Positions 18,985 to 30,121 of a stretch of 51,322 bases of DNA are shown piece by piece (positions within the stretch are counted from its first letter, which is position 1; each line of letters starts with the position of its first letter). Origin of the DNA: Bacteroidales bacterium (GTDB taxonomy: Bacteria > Bacteroidota > Bacteroidia > Bacteroidales > CAIWKO01); assembly GCA_035389045.1 (NCBI GenBank), contig DAOORA010000028.1:1-51322 (forward strand), read 5' to 3'. The notes under the pieces are model-generated. The model was not told the DNA's origin. It did no database searches and worked only from the letters and a program-made list of their open reading frames with translations. The position numbers and the translations under genes were made by a program.

Positions 18985-20241
18985 ATGATAAAATATTCCC
19001 GCTTTGTTCTCGAAAATGGGCTTAGGGTAATCGTTCACCAGGACAAAACCACCCCGGTGGTGGCCATGAACATAGTCTATGATGTTGGCGCCAGGGATGA
19101 GCATCCCGGAAAAACAGGCTTTGCCCACTTGTTTGAACACCTGATGTTCGGAGGCTCCGTGAATATTCCTTCGTACGATGCACCGCTGCAGAAAGCAGGA
19201 GGCGAAAACAATGCCTTCACCAACAACGATTTCACCAATTATTACCTGAGCATTCCGCTTCAGAACCTCGAAACAGCGTTCTGGCTTGAATCCGACCGTA
19301 TGCTCGGCCTGGCGTTTTCCCCTAAAAGTCTCGAGGTTCAGCGCGATGTGGTGATCGAGGAATTCAGGCAACGTTATTTAAATCAGCCCTATGGCGATTT
19401 CTGGCTGATGCTGCGTCCCCACGCTTATAAAAAACATCCGTATCAGTGGAGCACCATTGGCAAAGATATCAGCCACATTGCCAATGTTCAGATGCAGGAT
19501 GTAAAAGATTTCTATAACAAATATTATCATCCCGGAAATGCCATACTGTCGGTGGTGGGTAATATTACAGAAAAACAGGTTCGTCACTTATGTGATAAGT
19601 GGTTTGCTCCCATACCAATAGGCGAAAAGAATTTCAGGAACATTCCACGGGAGCCTGCACAGCGCAAGAAAAGGATACTCAGCGTTGAACGGGATGTCCC
19701 GTTTGATATGATATGCCTGGCCTATCACATGGGCGGCCGGATGGACAAAGACTATTATAAGGCAGACGTGCTTTCCGACCTGCTATCCGAGGGCAATTCC
19801 TCCCGTTTGTATAACAGGCTGGTCAAAGAAAAACAACTGTTCAGCGAAGTGGATGCCTTTATCACGGGAGATATCGATCCGGGATTGTTTGTTTTCAGCG
19901 GAAAACTGATGCAGGGGGTGAGTATGGAGCAGGCGGAACAGGCCATACGGGAAGAAATTGGTCTTGTCAAAAAAAAGAAAGCGCCTGAAAAAGAGTTTAC
20001 CAAGGTTATAAACAAAATAGAGTCTGCCATAGCGTTTTCCAACATCAGCATACTGAACCGTGCCTTAAAACTCGGAGTGTCCGAATTGCTCGGAAATATT
20101 GAACTGGTAAACACGGAAGCGGCGATATATCATAAGGTAACACCGGACGGCCTGCAGCAGTTAGCCGGCAAAATTCTGAATGACGATAACTGTTCCGTGA
20201 TGTATTATAAAGCAGCCGGACCAAAAAATCAAAAACAATGA
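18985..20241 (+). CDS. M16 family zinc peptidase, catalytic subunit
   Basis: LENGL, TGFAHLFEHLMF (HxxEH), NAFT and LESDRM motifs; start at MIKYSR. Confidence 0.93.
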   Translation: MIKYSRFVLENGLRVIVHQDKTTPVVAMNIVYDVGARDEHPGKTGFAHLFEHLMFGGSVNIPSYDAPLQKAGGENNAFTNNDFTNYYLSIPLQNLETAFWLESDRMLGLAFSPKSLEVQRDVVIEEFRQRYLNQPYGDFWLMLRPHAYKKHPYQWSTIGKDISHIANVQMQDVKDFYNKYYHPGNAILSVVGNITEKQVRHLCDKWFAPIPIGEKNFRNIPREPAQRKKRILSVERDVPFDMICLAYHMGGRMDKDYYKADVLSDLLSEGNSSRLYNRLVKEKQLFSEVDAFITGDIDPGLFVFSGKLMQGVSMEQAEQAIREEIGLVKKKKAPEKEFTKVINKIESAIAFSNISILNRALKLGVSELLGNIELVNTEAAIYHKVTPDGLQQLAGKILNDDNCSVMYYKAAGPKNQKQ

Positions 20242-21518
20242 TCAACAGGAAACTGCAACCGGAACTGAAAAAGATCAAAACGCTGTATATCCCTGAGCCA
20301 CAGGAGGCCCGGCTCGACAATCAGATTCCTGTTTTTATGTTTAATGCGGGCAACATCGGTATCACCCGGCTCGATTTCATTTTTGATGCAGGAAGCTGTT
20401 ACCAGGATAAGCCACTGATCGCTTCTTACACCAATAAAATGCTGACCGAGGGTACCCTGAGTTATTCGGCTTACGAAATAGCCCGGAAACTCGATTTTTA
20501 CGGAGCATGGATCAGCAAATCCGTCACCAAGGACAGTGCGGCGCTTTCACTGTCAGTGCTTAATAAACACCTGAAATATGTTTTGCCGGTACTGAATGAA
20601 ATCATCAATCATCCGGAATTCCCTGAAAACGAGCTTCATATTAATACTCAAAAAGATAAACAGGGTTTTATTGATGATTGCCGTAAGGTAAATGAAGTAG
20701 CCTCGATGAATTTCAATCACCAGCTTTTCGGGAAACGGCATCCCTATGGAACCCTTGTCAAAGCTGAAGACTTCGATAAGCTGGAACATAAACAATTGTC
20801 GGTTTTTCACAATCAAAGGTATACTGCGGCAAATTGCAAAATAATTGTTTCCGGAAAATTGAGCAGGGACATCCTGTCACAACTGAATTATTGCTTTGGT
20901 TATGTTCAAAAAAGCAGGACTGTTCAAAAAACAAAAAAAAGCCCGCAGATCATTTCAGGGACGCAGAAACAATTTATTGAGATGCCATCGGCTGTGCAGT
21001 CCGCCATAAGGATCGGTAAAATCGCTGTCAATAAAACGCATGAGGATTATTTAAAACTTTTTATTTTAAATACCTTACTGGGAGGGTATTTTGGATCGCG
21101 ACTCATGAAAAATATCAGGGAAGACAAGGGATACACCTATGGAATTTATTCGATGGTACGGTCGTACAGGCAGTCAGCGGCTTTTGTTATTGCCTCGGAG
21201 GTAGGTGCCGGTGTGTGTCGCGATGCCCTCAGGGAAATATATAAAGAACTTAAAATTCTTAATTCTGAACCTGTTGATCCTCAGGAGCTTGATCTGGTAA
21301 GGAAGTATCTGGCCGGAACCCTCATCCGTAATTTCGACGGGCCTTTTCAGGTGGCCGACAGGTTTATTAGCCTGCTGGAGTACGGCATAGACTATAAAAA
21401 ATACTACACGGACTTCCTGAACACCATAAACACTGTCACTGCCGAAGACTTGTTTCAGATTTCCGGTAAATACTTCGATCCGGACTCCATGTTTGAGTTA
21501 GTCGCCGGCAAGCAATAA
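20238..21518 (+). CDS. M16 family peptidase, non-catalytic partner subunit
   Basis: LGGYFGSRLMKNIREDKGYTYG motif; lacks HxxEH; ATGA overlap with the upstream gene. Confidence 0.9.
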   Translation: MINRKLQPELKKIKTLYIPEPQEARLDNQIPVFMFNAGNIGITRLDFIFDAGSCYQDKPLIASYTNKMLTEGTLSYSAYEIARKLDFYGAWISKSVTKDSAALSLSVLNKHLKYVLPVLNEIINHPEFPENELHINTQKDKQGFIDDCRKVNEVASMNFNHQLFGKRHPYGTLVKAEDFDKLEHKQLSVFHNQRYTAANCKIIVSGKLSRDILSQLNYCFGYVQKSRTVQKTKKSPQIISGTQKQFIEMPSAVQSAIRIGKIAVNKTHEDYLKLFILNTLLGGYFGSRLMKNIREDKGYTYGIYSMVRSYRQSAAFVIASEVGAGVCRDALREIYKELKILNSEPVDPQELDLVRKYLAGTLIRNFDGPFQVADRFISLLEYGIDYKKYYTDFLNTINTVTAEDLFQISGKYFDPDSMFELVAGKQ

Positions 21519-21553
21519 AAAATAACCTGCCCCATTTTCTAATCCCGCCTCAA

Positions 21554-21731
21554 CGGTGGTTGAGTGTTTACAGTAAGCTTGTCGAACTGCAGCCGAAACC
21601 ACCGCGCTGTATAGCCCGACTGCAATTTTTAGCCAGGTCACACTTCTTTGCCTGAAGAGATTGAAAATCAATTTGCCCTTTGGGTCGGGGTCAACAAATT
21701 GATTTTCAAAGTTTGGCCGTTAATCGCAGTC
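21554..21731. repeat. Structured intergenic element (nested hairpins; REP/MITE-like or ncRNA)
   Basis: CGGTGGTT/AACCACCG (21554/21604); TTGAAAATCAATTTG/CAAATTGATTTTCAA (21661-75/21695-709); GACTGCAATT/AATCGCAGTC (21618/21731). Confidence 0.65.
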
Positions 21732-22021
21732 ATTCAGATTAGTAGCCCTTGCTCACAGCCCCGTTGTCACTTTCAGCCATGCCGGCATTCATGTGATATG
21801 GAAATTTAGTCTAATATATTGGTTATCAATTATTAATGATGTCGTTATTCATCAATTGTATCCAGAAATAAATTTACTTGCAGGTTTTACAAATTTTTTT
21901 GACAGAAATATCGTTAATAAGTATGAATGTCAATTTTTTTTGCATAAAAGAATGAAATTCTGGGAGTTTTTTCGTTACTTTGCATTATAATTCACACCAT
22001 ATATTTAAATAACTTGAAAAA

Positions 22022-25000
22022 ATGATAAAACCGCTGAAAATACTTAGTTTGATTTTATTGTTGACCACAACAGACCTTGTTGCGTCGCATTATATGGGTG
22101 GCGAAATAACATGGGAGTGTTTGGGCAATGGTCGTTTCAGGTTTATTATGAAACTCTACAGGGAATGTGATGGTATAAACTATTCTAATAGCGAGATTCT
22201 GAATATATCGGGTTATCCCGGCCTGACCTCCATCACCATGGCGCTGAAACCGGGCGCTAATCCTCATGATGGCGATGACGGCCCTGTGGACGGTAAGACA
22301 GATATTTCCCCTAATTGCTGGGATGATGCCGCATCGATAAAATGTTCAACCGCTGTGGTATCCAACACCGGCGCTATCGAAGAGTGGTATTTTACCTCGG
22401 ATGTTGCCTATCCCAACGGTGTCTTATTAAGTGGTGTTCCCCCGGCTTCAGGCTGGATATTTTACAATTCCGGATGCTGCCGTAACCCAAGTGTGAACAT
22501 GGTTACTCCTACGAGCGAAAATTGGTTCCTCAGGGCTATCATGTATCCCTACAACGGTCAAAATACTTACCCTTGCTATGACAACAGCCCTGTCTTTGCT
22601 GAAATTCCTTCTACGGTTATCTGCACTGGCTACCCCTTCAAATATAATCATAACGCAACCGATAAAGAGCTTGATTCACTGGCATACCAGTGGGCTCCGG
22701 CTTTACAGAGCGCTACAGTTCCCATGGGCTATACCTCCACATTTACCTACAACAGTCCTTTACCCGGTACAGCCCAAAATCCGCTGAATGTTCCGGCCAC
22801 CATGAATCCCTATAACGGAGAAATTTCGTATACCTCCTACACCAGTGGCGCTTATGTTACAGTTACCAAGGTGACCGCATACCGTTGTGGTATAAAGATA
22901 GCCGAAATTTTCAGGGAAATGCAGATCGTTTTGCTGGCCTGTCCGGGTTCCAACGCACCCCCAACAGTTGAAGGGCCTTTTTACAATCCGCTCACAGGAT
23001 TGTATGAATATACGGATACCGTATATGCGGGTGATATTGTTGATGTAGATATTACCGGTATTGATTACGGAACCTTGCCCAATGGTAATCCTCAAACGGT
23101 TACCCTCGAAGCTTCAGGACAGGATTTCGGAGCCGGCTATGTCAGTCAGACTGCGGGGTGTCCAAGACCTCCGTGCGCCACACTGAATCCCCCGCCGGTC
23201 TTGAATGCTATGCTCGCTGTGGCTACCCATTTTCACTGGCAGACCAGTTGCGACCACCTTACTCATCCTGCGTCTATTACTGGAATACCTGGCCTTTGTG
23301 GTACTATGTTTAATGTTCATAGCTTTGTTATCAAAGTTTATGATGACTTCTGTCCGGCGCCGGGTATCAAAATAGCGACCATAACCATAGTGGTTCTTCC
23401 GGTGGATGTGCTCGATCCGCCTGAACTGAAATGCACCCGGGTCCATCCGAACGGAGATATCACCATAAACTGGATACCGCCACCGGATCCGCATAACACG
23501 TTCAACAGTTATCACATTTACTATTCAAACTCACCCACCGGGCCGTTCAATAAGATCGACAGTTCCTTTACTTATACGGACAACACAAGGACATATGCCG
23601 GGCTTGGCGGAAACAGCGGGCCGCGCTATTTTTATATGACTACACGGTCGGGATGCTACGGAAAATATTTCTCAACGACAACCAGTGATACATTAAGCAC
23701 CATATTCCTTGACGTCACAGCTACGGGGACAGGATCGGTTGCAGATCTGAACTGGAACCCGGTTCACAACCCGCTGGCTGCAAGTTCTTCACAGTATTAC
23801 CATATATACCGTGAATACCCTGCCGGTTCCTGGAGTTTTCTGGATTCGACCAATCAGTTGAATTATCAGGATACCATTAATATATGTAGTGCTTTTATCA
23901 ATTACAGAGTCGAAATTTCTGATACGACAGGGTGTACATCTGTATCTTCCATAGATGGAGATCAGCTGCACGACGGCTATCCACCCGACCCGATACTGCT
24001 CGATTCGGTTAGTGTGGATCCCGCCAGCATAAAAGCAATACTCGGCTGGCAGCCCAGCACTTCGCCTGACGCTGTCAAATATTATATTTATCATCAGGTT
24101 GGCGGCGGTGCCTGGTGGATCATTGATTCTGTAAATGTGCCTGCGACCTCATACATGCATATGACGTCAAATCCTCAGGCGGCTTCTGAAGCCTATTGTA
24201 TTGCTGCAGTGGACAGTTGCAAAAAGCTCAGCCCCATGAGCCCTGAACATAAGACCATTTATCTGTCCCCTCCGGTTATCAATGCCTGCGCCGACAAAAT
24301 TTCACTGCAATGGACTTCATATATCAATATGTCGGGTCCCGGTTTAAAAGGTTACCGGGTTATGGTCAGCGAAAACGGCGGGCCGTTCACCTTGCTGGCC
24401 GACCTTTCGCCTTCCGTTACCACATATGAGCAAACAGCCCTGGTCAATGGTTACAATTATTGTTATTTCATTCAGGCATACGATTCTCTTGGGCAAAAGA
24501 CATCCTCTTCAAACCGGCATTGTACGGTGGTGGAAAAGCCTAATCAGCCTAAATTTGTTTATCTCAGATATGCTACCGTTAAAGATGACGAGTATGTACA
24601 ACTTGGATTTTTTGTTGATACAGCTGCTTATATCACCAGGTTCAAGATACTGAGATCAACAGATGATGTATTTTATGATACCATCGCGGTGTTGCCTCCC
24701 GATAATGCATTTGCCAATCTGGAATATAATGATGTTTCCGTAGACGTACATGAAAAGAGCTACTATTACAAAATCATTGTTTCCGATAGTTGTTTCATTG
24801 ATGTGCTGACCTCAAATATAGGACGCACCATTTACCTGGAGGGCAATGTAGACGATTACATGTCCAATTACATCAGCTGGAATAATTATGAAGGGCGTAC
24901 GGCTCAGGCTCACAATGTTTTTCGTGAGGTTGAGCAATTTGAACCTTATACCAAAGTACAATCTCTGGTTATGAATGAAACCTTCTATACCGATGATGTC

Positions 25001-25399
25001 GGGAATTATACTGAAAGTGGCGGAAGGTTCAATTATATGATACAGGCACCGTTGATGGATGTTTTTGACAGCGTTAAGATTTTCAGAGATACCGTGTATT
25101 CCAATGAACTGATGCTTTTACAGCCCCCGCGTTTATATGTGCCCAATGCATTTTTTCCTGATGGTCTTAATTCAGTTTTCAAACCCGTTGGGGTATTCAC
25201 GGATAAAGAAAACTACAATATGATTATCTACGACCGTTGGGGACAGAAAGTCTTTGAAACCATTGATTATGAAACCGGATGGGACGGAACCTGTAGCGGG
25301 AAAAAATGTCCGTTTGCTGTATATACTTACTACATCAAAATCACAAATGCCTTTAATAAAACGTTTATCAAACGGGGCATTGTAACCCTGGTGCGATAA
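22022..25399 (+). CDS. Gliding-motility-associated C-terminal (T9SS type B CTD) protein with FN3-like repeats
   Basis: N-terminal ASHYMGGEITW; repeated L-x-W...Y-x-I-Y modules; C-terminal VPNAFFPDGLN...IYDRWG...GWDG...KRGIVTLVR. Confidence 0.88.
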   Translation: MIKPLKILSLILLLTTTDLVASHYMGGEITWECLGNGRFRFIMKLYRECDGINYSNSEILNISGYPGLTSITMALKPGANPHDGDDGPVDGKTDISPNCWDDAASIKCSTAVVSNTGAIEEWYFTSDVAYPNGVLLSGVPPASGWIFYNSGCCRNPSVNMVTPTSENWFLRAIMYPYNGQNTYPCYDNSPVFAEIPSTVICTGYPFKYNHNATDKELDSLAYQWAPALQSATVPMGYTSTFTYNSPLPGTAQNPLNVPATMNPYNGEISYTSYTSGAYVTVTKVTAYRCGIKIAEIFREMQIVLLACPGSNAPPTVEGPFYNPLTGLYEYTDTVYAGDIVDVDITGIDYGTLPNGNPQTVTLEASGQDFGAGYVSQTAGCPRPPCATLNPPPVLNAMLAVATHFHWQTSCDHLTHPASITGIPGLCGTMFNVHSFVIKVYDDFCPAPGIKIATITIVVLPVDVLDPPELKCTRVHPNGDITINWIPPPDPHNTFNSYHIYYSNSPTGPFNKIDSSFTYTDNTRTYAGLGGNSGPRYFYMTTRSGCYGKYFSTTTSDTLSTIFLDVTATGTGSVADLNWNPVHNPLAASSSQYYHIYREYPAGSWSFLDSTNQLNYQDTINICSAFINYRVEISDTTGCTSVSSIDGDQLHDGYPPDPILLDSVSVDPASIKAILGWQPSTSPDAVKYYIYHQVGGGAWWIIDSVNVPATSYMHMTSNPQAASEAYCIAAVDSCKKLSPMSPEHKTIYLSPPVINACADKISLQWTSYINMSGPGLKGYRVMVSENGGPFTLLADLSPSVTTYEQTALVNGYNYCYFIQAYDSLGQKTSSSNRHCTVVEKPNQPKFVYLRYATVKDDEYVQLGFFVDTAAYITRFKILRSTDDVFYDTIAVLPPDNAFANLEYNDVSVDVHEKSYYYKIIVSDSCFIDVLTSNIGRTIYLEGNVDDYMSNYISWNNYEGRTAQAHNVFREVEQFEPYTKVQSLVMNETFYTDDVGNYTESGGRFNYMIQAPLMDVFDSVKIFRDTVYSNELMLLQPPRLYVPNAFFPDGLNSVFKPVGVFTDKENYNMIIYDRWGQKVFETIDYETGWDGTCSGKKCPFAVYTYYIKITNAFNKTFIKRGIVTLVR

Positions 25400-25590
25400 T
25401 AGAAAGGTTCCCGGAAAATTAGTTTTACCGGAAAAATCATCGGGTATTTGCCTTTATGATCAGTTAATCCTATGTGCCTTGAATACTTCAAATGTTAAAT
25501 ACTGAAAAAATTCCCTGGTATACAGCTTCAGTCAACTTCGAAGTAAGGATGAGGATACTTATGATACTTCCTGATTTTTTTGATTAATAA

Positions 25591-27120
<1,530 letters not shown>

Positions 27121-27121
27121 T

Positions 27122-27152
27122 TTTGACAATGAATTAATTTAACATATTTTTG
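27122..27152 (+). promoter_or_regulatory. Bacteroidota sigma-A promoter for the PPIase cluster
   Basis: TTTG (27122-25), 19-nt spacer, TATTTTTG (27145-52). Confidence 0.7.
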
Positions 27153-27183
27153 CGGAAATAAATTATTAAAATTCTATAACCTT

Positions 27184-29175
27184 ATGAAACGTATCATCAT
27201 TTTTGTGGTTTCCGTAGTATTGTGCGGAATGTTAAACGCCCAGAACAGCAATGATGTCCTCCTTACCGTGGCAGGCGAAAAGATTTCCAAATCTGAATTT
27301 CTCAATGTGTATAAAAAGAATAATATTAAAGGCGATGCGATGGACAAAAAATCGCTTGAAGAATATTTAGAGTTGTACATAAATTTCAAACTTAAGGTTA
27401 AAGAGGCTGAAGAACAGAAACTCGACACGTTCACTTCGTTCAAAAACGAACTGGCCGGATACCGCAAACAACTTGCCCAGCCTTATCTGACTGATAAACA
27501 GGTTGATGAAAATCTTGTCAAAGAAGCCTACGACAGGATGCAATGGGATATCAGGGCTAGTCATATCCTTATCAAAGTCAGCAAGGATGCGTTACCTGAA
27601 GATACCCTGATAGAATATAAGAATGTGCTGAAAATCAGGGACAGAATATTGAAAGGAGAACCTTTTGACAAAGTGGCAAAAGAAACATCCGAAGACCCTT
27701 CGGCACGCGATCGTAAAGATCCGAACGCTGAAAATGAAATCAAAGGAAACGGGGGAGACCTTGGATATTTTACAGTTCTCGATATGATCTATCCCTTTGA
27801 AAACGGCGCTTATAATACCAATGTAGGGAGTGTTTCCATGCCTGTACGCACCGATTACGGCTATCACCTGATCAAAGTAGCCAATAAAAAACCGGCTATG
27901 GGAAAGGTTGCCGTGGCTCATATCTTTGTTGCCGTTCCGCAGGACGCAAAACCTGAAGATTTGGAATCTTATAAAACCAAAATTTTTGAGGCGTATGCCA
28001 AATTGAAAAACGGCAGTACCTTCGAGGATGTCGTGAATGAGTATTCCGACGACAAAGGCAGCGCCACCAAAGGAGGTTCCCTGCCGAGCTTTGGTGTGAA
28101 CCGGATGGTGCCTGAATTTATTGAAGCCATCGCCACCCTGAAAAATCCGGGCGATTACTCGGTGCCGACACAGACCATATACGGCTGGCATATTATAAAA
28201 CTTGTGGACAGAACCCCGATAAAATCGTTTGATGAAGAAAAAGCACAGCTCAAATCACGTATCATCAAAGACAGCAGGTCGAATAAAAGCAAAGAATCCG
28301 TTATAAACAGGATAAAGAATGAATATGGTTTCAATGAAGTACAAGGAGTTATAAGGGACTTCTATACGGTGGTTGATTCTTCGATTTTTGATGGAAAATG
28401 GGATATGACCAAAGCTTCCGGGTTAACCAAAACGATGTTCACCATTGGCAACAAACCATATACTCAACAGGATTATGTCAGATTTATCGGCGCCAAGCAG
28501 AACAGAAGAAACAAAACGAGTATAATATCTTTTGTTAATGACAGATACCGGGCTTTTATTGATGAAAGCTGCATACAATATGAAGACGCCAAACTTGAGC
28601 AGAAATATCCTGAATTTAAATCACTGATGAAAGAATACCGGGATGGGATCATGCTCTTTGAACTGACCGATAAAAAAGTATGGTCAAAAGCCATTCAGGA
28701 TACCACAGGGTTAAAAGAATTTTATGAAAAAAACAAAACCAGGTATATGTGGGACGAACGCCTCGATGCCACGATCTTTACCTGCAACAATGAAACGACT
28801 GCCAAAAACACACGTAAGCTTTTAAAGAATTACGAAAAAGGTAAGTTCAGTGAAATGGATATTCTTAAAAAAATCAATATTGATAGTATTCCTGCGTTGA
28901 AGATTGATCATAAATTATTTTCGAAAAAAGAAAATCCTGTGATTGATGAGATAAAATGGGAAAGCGGAGTTACAGAAAATATAGCTAAAGTTGATAAGGT
29001 GGTTTTTGTTCTGGTACATAAAATTGTACCCCCTGAACCCAAACTTTTAAAGGAAGCCAAAGGGCTTATTACTGCTGACTACCAGAATTACCTTGAAGAA
29101 GAATGGATAAAACAGCTCAGGGCAAAATATCCTTATGATGTTAATAAGGATGTTTTTGATTCTATTTTGAAATAA
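27184..29175 (+). CDS. Periplasmic parvulin-type peptidylprolyl isomerase with two rotamase domains
   Basis: RASHILI...SEDPS...GGDLG...GYHLIK and AHIFV...SDD...GGSL...GWHIIK; signal peptide. Confidence 0.9.
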   Translation: MKRIIIFVVSVVLCGMLNAQNSNDVLLTVAGEKISKSEFLNVYKKNNIKGDAMDKKSLEEYLELYINFKLKVKEAEEQKLDTFTSFKNELAGYRKQLAQPYLTDKQVDENLVKEAYDRMQWDIRASHILIKVSKDALPEDTLIEYKNVLKIRDRILKGEPFDKVAKETSEDPSARDRKDPNAENEIKGNGGDLGYFTVLDMIYPFENGAYNTNVGSVSMPVRTDYGYHLIKVANKKPAMGKVAVAHIFVAVPQDAKPEDLESYKTKIFEAYAKLKNGSTFEDVVNEYSDDKGSATKGGSLPSFGVNRMVPEFIEAIATLKNPGDYSVPTQTIYGWHIIKLVDRTPIKSFDEEKAQLKSRIIKDSRSNKSKESVINRIKNEYGFNEVQGVIRDFYTVVDSSIFDGKWDMTKASGLTKTMFTIGNKPYTQQDYVRFIGAKQNRRNKTSIISFVNDRYRAFIDESCIQYEDAKLEQKYPEFKSLMKEYRDGIMLFELTDKKVWSKAIQDTTGLKEFYEKNKTRYMWDERLDATIFTCNNETTAKNTRKLLKNYEKGKFSEMDILKKINIDSIPALKIDHKLFSKKENPVIDEIKWESGVTENIAKVDKVVFVLVHKIVPPEPKLLKEAKGLITADYQNYLEEEWIKQLRAKYPYDVNKDVFDSILK

Positions 29176-29227
29176 GTGTTTGCTATAATCCATTTTTGGA
29201 TATTTTTTATCATCATAATCCTGTCTT

Positions 29228-30067
29228 TTGAAAAAAAGCATCTTCATTATCACTGCATTTCTTTGTGCCTGTACTGCCAAACACGACGGTAAGGACGATG
29301 CCCTGGCGCGCGTTTATGATAAATATCTTTATGTTTCTGATGTTCAGGGCGTCCTGCCTTCCAATATTTCAGAAAATGACAGCGCCGGAATGTTGCAGGA
29401 GTATATTGATAATTGGATTCACCAGCAGTTGATCGTCGAACAGGCAGAAAGAAATCTTTCCAAAGATGAAAAAGATTTTTCCAGGCAGCTTGAGGACTAC
29501 AAAAACTCGCTGATCATCTTCCGCTATGAGTCCAAACTGATCAGTCAGAAACTCGACACCACGGTCAGTGATGATGAAATAGTTCAGTATTATGAGAAAA
29601 ATAAGGCAAATTTTGAGCTGAAGGAAAATATAGTTAAGGTTATATATGTAAAAATGCCGAAAAATACACCTGCAGCCGCTCCGCGTCAGTTGATCCGTTC
29701 GGATAAACCTCAGGACCAGAAGAAATTACAGGATTTTTGCCATAAATATGCCGTTAATTATTACCTGGATGACCAGAACTGGTTACTGTTTAATGATATT
29801 CTTAAAGAAATTCCTATTCATACCTATAACCAGGAAGAATACCTCAAAAACAACCGCATCATAGAGATACAGGATTCGGCATATACCTATCTGATGAATA
29901 TCAAAGGTTTTATGATAAAGGAAAGCTTGTCCCCCCTGAGTTTTGAAAGGAATAATATCCGCAGTATTATCATTAACGGACGAAAGCTTAAACTTATAGA
30001 AAATATGAGGAATGATGTTTATAATGATGCACTCAAAAAAGGTAATTTTGAAATTCTTAAAAAATAA
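29228..30067 (+). CDS. SurA-like/PPIase-associated lipoprotein
   Basis: Lipobox LCA-C; LARVYDKYLY and VSDDEIVQYYE; sits between two PPIase genes as in other Bacteroidota; TTG start. Confidence 0.75.
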   Translation: MKKSIFIITAFLCACTAKHDGKDDALARVYDKYLYVSDVQGVLPSNISENDSAGMLQEYIDNWIHQQLIVEQAERNLSKDEKDFSRQLEDYKNSLIIFRYESKLISQKLDTTVSDDEIVQYYEKNKANFELKENIVKVIYVKMPKNTPAAAPRQLIRSDKPQDQKKLQDFCHKYAVNYYLDDQNWLLFNDILKEIPIHTYNQEEYLKNNRIIEIQDSAYTYLMNIKGFMIKESLSPLSFERNNIRSIIINGRKLKLIENMRNDVYNDALKKGNFEILKK

Positions 30068-30121
30068 AGCGAATCATACTTTTTTCATGTTTTCATAGTT
30101 ATTATCAGACAAATATCAAAA

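Noticed and set aside
21793..21990. 65-aa ORF in the intergenic gap
   Set aside because: GTG start, AT-rich, no motif, and it overlaps the promoter region of the 22022 gene.
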